Source: a virus
Taxonomy: Monodnaviria; Loebvirae; Hofneiviricota; Faserviricetes; Tubulavirales; Inoviridae
Direction: 5' to 3' (one strand)
IMG/VR virus record: IMGVR_UViG_2690316267_000001
DNA length: 8,586 nucleotides
How positions within the stretch are numbered: position 1 is the first letter of the stretch; each line of letters opens with the position of its first letter. Below are positions 6,884-8,586 of the stretch, one piece after another. A program made the position numbers and the translations under genes. The notes under the pieces were generated by a model. That model saw only the letters and a list, made by a program, of their open reading frames with translations. It was not told where the DNA came from and did not search any database.

Positions 6884-7330
6884 ATGGGCAACAATGAGCA
6901 TGAAGTTATGGCGGACAAACAGAGAGCAGAACGTATAAAAAAGGCAATTCTGGAACACTCGACTTATGAAGAACTGGCCGAGAAGACTGGCATTAGCGTA
7001 AGTACGCTGGTCAGGATAGCGTCCGGCAAAACTGAACCTAAATTCAGCGATATAATTCAGATAGCTAAAATTACTGGCGCAGATTTGAACACCTTAGCTT
7101 ATGGCTATGCTCTTGATGTTAAAGAAGAAGCTACTGAGCGAAAGCTGATAACTTCTGCGGACGGATATACTGATGAAGAAACCACGAACGCGCATAATTT
7201 CATCGTGTGGAACATCAGAACACTGGAGAAGCAAGATATTCTGGCACTTGCAAGGCAAGTTTCTGCATTAAGTTCATATACTTACAGTACAAAAATGTTT
7301 ATGAAAAAAGCATTGTCAGGCGAAGAGTAA
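6884..7330 (+). CDS. XRE-family helix-turn-helix transcriptional regulator (148 aa), candidate phage repressor
   Basis: N-terminal HTH-like segment ..STYEELAEKTGISVSTLVRIASGKTEP..; GGAG 8 nt upstream of the ATG; divergent from gII as in repressor-carrying inoviruses; C-terminal ~70 aa unassigned. Confidence 0.75.
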   Translation: MGNNEHEVMADKQRAERIKKAILEHSTYEELAEKTGISVSTLVRIASGKTEPKFSDIIQIAKITGADLNTLAYGYALDVKEEATERKLITSADGYTDEETTNAHNFIVWNIRTLEKQDILALARQVSALSSYTYSTKMFMKKALSGEE

Positions 7331-7358
7331 AAAGCTAGCGGTCTCAGGAATGAGACTA

Positions 7359-7393
7359 ACGTGCAGTATTACCAACACTGCACGTTCTTTATT
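7359..7393 (+). terminator. rho-independent terminator after the HTH regulator gene
   Basis: Perfect 9-bp stem ACGTGCAGT / ACTGCACGT (7359-7367 with 7377-7385), 9-nt loop, followed by TCTTTATT; a second small hairpin GTCTCA-GGAA-TGAGAC at 7341-7356. Confidence 0.6.
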
Positions 7394-7428
7394 GCGCGAA
7401 TTTTGAACAGTGAAAAAGGATCAAAAGG

Positions 7429-7851
7429 ATGAGTAGAAATAACGAAACAAGCGGCGTTGAACTGGTTGTCGTGGGCATATTTGCTTTCTGTCTGGCAGTT
7501 GTTGCCTGGCTAATGAAAACTTTCGATGTTGAATGGCAAACAGCTCTGGAAACTGCGCCTAGCCTGATAGTCTGGCTGCTTGTTGTTGGGGCGGGGATCT
7601 TTTTCGGGATCAAAATGGAAACAGGTCTTGTTCGCTGGGGTGCTCCACTGGCGATTGCCCTTCTGATTCCGGTATTCAAACCAATCCTTAAGGAAGCTGC
7701 CGGAGTACGTGAAACGGGTGGATTGGTTTTCGATGATATGGTTTCGTGGTATGGAACTGGCTGGGGAATGTCGTTGATGTTTTTCGGAATTCTTATCATC
7801 GGATACGGGCTGCTTTATTGGTGGCACAGAAGAAATTCATATCACTGGTAA
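7429..7851 (+). CDS. small integral membrane protein (140 aa, about 4 predicted TM helices), function unknown
   Basis: Four hydrophobic stretches (LVVVGIFAFCLAVVAWL, LIVWLLVVGAGIFFGI, APLAIALLIPVF, MSLMFFGILIIGYGLLYWW) separated by charged loops; AAGGA 7 nt upstream of the ATG. The overlapping minus-strand ORFs are Pro/Ser/Thr-rich, as expected for antisense of a membrane-protein gene. Confidence 0.65.
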   Translation: MSRNNETSGVELVVVGIFAFCLAVVAWLMKTFDVEWQTALETAPSLIVWLLVVGAGIFFGIKMETGLVRWGAPLAIALLIPVFKPILKEAAGVRETGGLVFDDMVSWYGTGWGMSLMFFGILIIGYGLLYWWHRRNSYHW

Positions 7852-7855
7852 TTTC

Positions 7856-7877
7856 AAACCGTGGGAAACCACGGTTT
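7856..7877 (+). terminator. stem-loop after the membrane-protein gene (9-bp stem AAACCGTGG / CCACGGTTT, GAAA loop), weak terminator candidate
   Basis: Direct inspection; begins 5 nt after the stop codon; no strong U-tract beyond the stem. Confidence 0.35.
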
Positions 7878-7937
7878 AATAAGAGGAAACTGAACCCTAT
7901 CAGTTCCACAATGGAAAAATTGGGTAGTGACTCCAAC

Positions 7938-8441
7938 TTACTGATAGTGTTTTATGTTCAGATAATGCCCGATGACCTTGTCATGCAGCTCCACCGATTT
8001 TGAGAACGACAGCGACTTCCGTCCCAGCCTTGCCAGATGTTGTCTCAGATTCAGATTATGTCGCTCAATGCGCTGAGTGTAACGCTTGCTGATAACGTGC
8101 AGCTTTCCCTTCAGGCGTGATTCATACAGCGGCCAGCCATCCGTCATCCATACCACGACCTCAAAGGCCGACAGCAGGCTCAGAAGACGCTCCAGTGTGG
8201 CCAGAGTGCGTTCACCGAAAACGTGCGCCACAACTGTCCTCCGTATCCTGTCATACGCGTAAAACAGCCAGCGCTGACGTGATTTAGCACCGACGTAGCC
8301 CCACTGTTCGTCCATTTCCGCGCAGACGATGACGTCACTGCCCGGCTGTATGCGCGAGGTTACCGACTGCGGCCTGAGTTTTTTAAATGGCGGAAAATCG
8401 TGTTGAGGCCAACGCCCATAATGCGGGCGGTTGCCCGGCAT
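7938..8441 (-). CDS. insB: IS1 InsB (transposase catalytic part; expressed as InsAB' fusion by -1 frameshift)
   Basis: Translation [59 protein letters not shown].. matches IS1 InsB from memory. Confidence 0.9.
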   Translation of the reverse strand: MPGNRPHYGRWPQHDFPPFKKLRPQSVTSRIQPGSDVIVCAEMDEQWGYVGAKSRQRWLFYAYDRIRRTVVAHVFGERTLATLERLLSLLSAFEVVVWMTDGWPLYESRLKGKLHVISKRYTQRIERHNLNLRQHLARLGRKSLSFSKSVELHDKVIGHYLNIKHYQ

Positions 8442-8586
8442 CCAACGCCATTCATGGCCATATCAATGATTTTCTGGTGCGTACCGGGTTGAGAAGCGGT
8501 GTAAGTGAACTGCAGTTGCCATGTTTTACGGCAGTGAGAGCAGAGATAGCGCTGATGTCCGGCAGTGCTTTTGCCGTTACGCACCA
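8360..8586 (-). CDS. insA: IS1 InsA (partial at window edge; N-terminus continues at 49..1 if the sequence is circular)
   Basis: Translation ..[73 protein letters not shown] matches IS1 InsA; the track's initial M is an internal GTG (Val). Confidence 0.9.
   Translation of the reverse strand, partial: VRNGKSTAGHQRYLCSHCRKTWQLQFTYTASQPGTHQKIIDMAMNGVGCRATARIMGVGLNTIFRHLKNSGRSR

Larger units (their letters stand above)
7923..8586 (-). mobile_element. IS1: IS1 (right-end terminus at 7923, body to window edge; completed by 1..104)
   Basis: 7923 onward matches the IS1 right end (GGTAGTGACTCCAACTTACTGATAGTG..); encodes InsA and InsB with the A6C frameshift motif (plus-strand GTTTTTT at 8378-8384). 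Confidence 0.95.

Noticed and set aside
7389-7827. Two minus-strand ORFs (136 aa and 105 aa) overlapping the membrane-protein gene
   Set aside because: Pro/Ser/Thr-rich low-complexity translations typical of the antisense of a hydrophobic-protein gene; the plus-strand ORF has an RBS and coherent TM topology. Moderate confidence only.
7746-8003. 85-aa plus-strand ORF spanning the phage-IS1 junction
   Set aside because: Crosses the IS1 terminal repeat and runs antisense to insB; most likely fortuitous.
1-8586. CRISPR arrays, tRNA or rRNA genes
   Set aside because: No regularly spaced direct repeats with unique spacers and no tRNA-like or rRNA-like sequence noticed; the only tandem repeats are the in-frame pIII linker units.

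Overview
The window reads as one complete circular element of 8,586 bp: an Ff-class (M13/IKe-like) filamentous phage genome carrying a single IS1. The IS1 is split across the window ends (664 nt at the right edge plus 104 nt at the left edge = 768 nt, and the end-to-start junction reads as continuous IS1 insA sequence). All phage genes lie on the minus strand in canonical Ff order with tight or overlapping junctions: gII (with internal gX), gV, gVII, gIX, gVIII, gIII, gVI, gI (with internal gXI), gIV. Three things depart from a textbook Ff genome. First, gIII is split into two reading frames by a single-nucleotide frame disruption near 4360-4377, so the adsorption protein looks inactivated unless this is a sequencing error. 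Second, the region between gII and IS1 carries a divergently oriented (plus-strand) pair, an XRE-type HTH regulator followed by a roughly 4-TM membrane protein, separated from gII by a large dyad-symmetry element. Third, the region downstream of gIV contains a small basic ORF whose ribosome-binding site lies inside a 21-bp palindrome. IS1 shows no flanking target-site duplication. Protein-family assignments rest on my recall of M13/IKe and IS1 sequences and on motifs visible in the translations; no database search was possible.
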